The notes under the pieces: model-generated
What the model was told of the DNA's origin: nothing
Seen by the model: the letters and a program-made list of their open reading frames with translations, nothing else
Database searches by the model: none
Made by a program: the position numbers and the translations under genes
In this document: piece after piece, positions 60,155-64,000 of the stretch
How the letters are laid out: each line of letters starts with the position of its first letter
How positions within the stretch are numbered: the first letter of the stretch is position 1
Assembly (NCBI RefSeq): GCF_004010195.1
Contig: NC_057750.1
Span: 1,795,824 to 1,859,823 of the forward strand
Length of the DNA stretch: 64,000 bases
Direction: 5' to 3'
DNA from: Chiloscyllium plagiosum
Taxonomy: Eukaryota

Positions 60155-63100
60155 TACGCTGTACTTAGCTTGTGAACACTTAATGAGAGACTGACATTAC
60201 ACAGCAGCTGCAGGAAATGCCACTGAAGTTTGAGGGTCACTACACCTTAAAATGTATATCTTCGCTGATCTTTATTTAACCTTCGGGAAAATAGACCGAT
60301 TACCAAACTACTTCCGGTCCATTTTCCAGTATATTTTTGTTTTAAAGTGTTTTGTTTTTTCAGTACCCAACTGGTAAAAGGTTCTGAACCGGTACAAATA
60401 AATCATATAGTTCAAATTTTAATTTAAATAAAACTGGGAATTACAATGAAATTAGTGATTGACAGTGTAAGGTGGTGAGCAGTGCTCATGACAGGAAGAA
60501 CGGAGACGGGAACTCTTGGTTGATATTACAATTGTCTTAACAGAAACCTGTACATGCTGTGCTGTCATGTAGGTCTGGTACCCAGTGTTGACAGTACTAG
60601 GCAGTCGTACAGGTCTGGCTTTTGCATCTGTCTATCACTAATTTAACCTAAAGCCTCTGGTCAACTGTCAGTGATGCATACAACTTAACCATTAAAGTTT
60701 TAGAATATGTAAAAGAGGTATTCTGTTCTGAAGCCCACATTACTTTTAAAAACAAAAATCATTATCCAGTGTGCTCTAGCTGCCTTCAGTTAAGCGGCTG
60801 CAAGGAGGATTAATCACTGTGGTGAATAAAATGAGGAAACAATTGACCTTTTTTATCTGATGTTATAGTGTTGCTAATATTCATCTGCATATTTGTGCTT
60901 GTATTGATAGCAGAAATAGATCTGTGAACAGCTACTGCATAGCGCAGTTTTGATTGAATTCTCTCCCTTGTCGCTTTGTTCTCCCTTCATGGTTGATATA
61001 GTTTGGTTTCATAAATATTGATGTATTGTAGGAGGCATTTCACAATGAAGTTCCCCTACTCCCACCCTTTTTTCAAACTTATCAGGGTTCTTGAAGGAGT
61101 CTTGATGCCTTTCACTTAGGCTGTGGGTAATTTCTTTTTTGTTTGTTTTGGAATTTCATGGATATCAACTCTATTTTGGTAATTTGGAGCAATGTGATCA
61201 CACTGACTTCCAGAACACTGACAATGGGTTGAAGTGTTTGAGGTGGCAGGAGGAGTTCAAAATGGCAGTTGGCTCTTCCAGTGGGATTACTCCTCTTGTA
61301 TGGATTTAGAGAAACTTCAAAGAAATAAAAGACCTTAAAGTTTTGTTGAAGCAACACCTGTGAGCAAACAGACTGTCTAAAATACCCTCTAGGAGCTGGC
61401 ATTTCCAATGCTTAGCCTGCTTAAACTAAGGGAATGTCTTTGATATTGGATCCTGTCTATTAAAAATTAGGATCTGATTTCCCTGACCCCTGAAAAATAA
61501 AATGGAAATTGGCCCTTCCCTCAACCTCCTCCACTATAATGTCCACCTTCATCACTGTGAGCTTATGAACCCAGAGTAGAACATAGCGAAAAAAAAAGTT
61601 TAGTCTTGTACCAGAACAGTTGAGAATCTTGCTGCAGAAATTCTGGGATTAAACCTGTAACTCACCCATTTCAGCAAGTTCTGCTCAGTGTCTTCGGATG
61701 GAATTCAGGGTCTGTCCTGATGCTTTACGTCTAACATGAATTTTGCCAAATTGGCAAAATCTAGACCAACAAATGAGTTGGTGGGAGGGGCAGGGGAGAA
61801 GAGTTTATGAATCTAGTTTTGCTGCAGGGCACTCCAGTTTTATTCCTGATCAGTGACATGGCAGGAATTTAACACCAAATAAATCTGAGAGATCAGACAT
61901 TCTCACTAAGACTTTGTACTGATAATTCCGTTTTTTTGGTTGTTCGTGCTGCCCATGAACAGAAATCTTTTGTAGCCAAATGGTGAGACACTGATGTTTG
62001 ACTTTTTCAAGCATGTTTGCATTTCATGTTGCTTTCATTTGACAGGGAATATGTAAACTTATAAATGCAGGCAAATTGCGCAAAGAACAATCTCCTGCCT
62101 CCAATTGGAGACACGTGTTTGGGGGTGGAAAAGAAACAGTCTCTTTCTTCATTCGTCCAAATGCAATATTGACAGCAAAAAACTCTTTTTCTGCATTTTT
62201 GTAATGTGGTGTGTTCAGAACACAATATTTCTTCTTGTAATGATGCAAGAAAGGTAACCTTATTTTTTTGAAAAACTTAACAAAAGAAGCGAGAAGTTAG
62301 GGAGATGTGTATTTGTGTAACCCTCCCTGATCGCTTACAGTTGCATTTAAAGAGAATTCATAGGTCATAATTTTCTAGCATGAGGCACCGAATGGGAGGG
62401 GGGAGGGGATGTGTATGTTCAAAGAAGGAAGGTTTCATGTATATAGTAAATGTATGTATGGAAAAGTGAGATTAATTCTCAAAAGGGTATCAGTTATATA
62501 AGGGTCTGTTTATATGAATCACATTTTGTTTTTGGAGTCTTGTGGCTTCAGCAAAGAAGTTTTATGTGTTTACATTTTAGGAGGGGGACATGCACAACAC
62601 ATGCATGACTTTAAATGACTTTGGATATCATAATGATCCTGTCGCACTGACCAATAGACATGTTCTCAACTTGCCTCAGTGCTGTTCCAGCTGCCATCGT
62701 CTTGAAGAGGCGAGTACAGGGGTAGGAAAACCAGTGCCCACTCCCAGAGCAGACTCTAAAAGAACAAAGAATTTGATTGTCCCATGCAAGGAATCACCTG
62801 TACTCATAAATTCACTTCCTTTTTGCACAATTGTTTTGTCCATTTCTCAGTACAGATGCTGAATGGCTGCCCTAATTAAAGCAGGGGTATAAGGCAGTTG
62901 ATCATCCTGTTCATGAAAAGAATGGAAGTGAACCTTTCCTAGTCACCTAATTCCCTATTCTGAGAACATGAAAACCCAAATTCTAGTGGCAAGATAGAAG
63001 AAGATAGAGGCAAGTACCTGAGAAGTACTTTCCACAGGATCCAACTGGAAAATAATTTGTACAGCATGTTATTATACACAGAATTAGAAATCCCTGTTGA

Positions 63101-64000
63101 GATTTGTGCCCATAATTTTTGCAACTTCTGCATGAAATTTACTTTTACAACTCCTACCTTGCAGCTGCAGGAAAGATATTCTTTTTTTAAAAAGATTTAT
63201 ACAAAAGCCATGGGTACGTTCTAAAACTGGGTGCCTTGTATGCCAAGTTGGCTGATTGGCCTAACTGCTCGCATTTAAATCTGTGTGAGATTTATCCAGG
63301 CTCTGAAGGGAAGTTAAAATGAGGGTGGTCTTTTCTTTCCATTCCAAAATACATGATACAGTTTCCTGCTCCTTATGTGCCTTCAGAATGCAAGGGTTAA
63401 TATTCCTAACTCCTTTATCATTTTTGCTTTTGAAGTACAGCAACCTGTCCCTTATAGTTTATAGTTTTAAAATTCATAAAATGATGTCCCTGGATGTGTT
63501 TTGCATCACTTGTTTGAACACTGCTGCAGAACATGGTTCATTATTGCACTTTTCTCAATGTGCTGGCCATTTCTGTTGCTGAGCTGTGGGGAGACTGACT
63601 TTGTTTTTGCTTGCAAGGGTTCCCTGGCCCTTTCAGAGGCTACAGTTTCATATACTGTCTCTAAAAACAGTTTATGGCTGCAGCTAAGCACTGAAATTGC
63701 CATCTGTTTATGTTGCTTGGTGTCATGGGTGCTAAATTGTCTGTGGAAAACCAAGACTTGTCACCATCTACACTTTTTTTTAAAAAAACAATCTGATAAA
63801 TTTAAGTCGGGCTTGAATATTCAACTTCCATCAACCTTTACAAAGTTGGGTGCAAAGTGTGGTGATGAGAGACCAATATGGAGTCTCCAGAATATGGTTA
63901 TTTTCCAAACTCTGTGTAGAGATGATAGATAAATTGTTATGCCATCTAGGTAGGAGGCACTGTTATATAGTAAACTTTTTTATAATCTCTTCCCTTTTAA
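60155..64000 (+). other. Probable long 3' UTR of the SAMD4 gene (3' end not determinable)
   Basis: Follows the stop; none of the repeat families seen elsewhere in the window recognised; AATAAA at 60397, 60427, 60825, 61324, 61496 and 61878. Confidence 0.6.

Noticed and set aside
63501..63932. 143-aa ORF in the distal region
   Set aside because: Non-ATG start, no recognisable homology and no splice support.

Overview
Eukaryotic (vertebrate) genomic DNA, most likely from a shark or other cartilaginous fish; this is inferred from the HE1-type SINE / HER1-CR1 LINE / Penelope repeat landscape. The window holds most of one plus-strand, intron-rich gene, a Smaug homologue (SAMD4 family, best match SAMD4B). 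I reconstructed 11 coding exons by hand (18594-60154). All have GT-AG boundaries and consistent phases, totalling 1934 nt (2 nt plus 644 codons including the stop) and ending ...DGVDKTSTI*. The first coding exon lies upstream of the window. A ~3.8 kb stretch free of recognisable repeats, probably the 3' UTR, follows the stop. The introns are filled with CR1 LINE fragments, tRNA-derived SINEs, a probable solo LTR and many Penelope-like element (PLE) remnants. Main observations: (1) a family of short fold-back PLE-derived insertions with 8-16 bp target-site duplications that carry minimal hammerhead-ribozyme cores, two of which share an identical junction and so appear to move as a unit; (2) a CR1 insertion that splits the polypyrimidine tract of a coding exon; (3) a 516-nt symmetric exon flanked by inverted CR1 copies, a circRNA candidate with an endless ORF. 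Most short ORFs in the supplied track are decayed TE fragments or noise. All calls were made by eye without database searches, and repeat boundaries are approximate unless a TSD is given.
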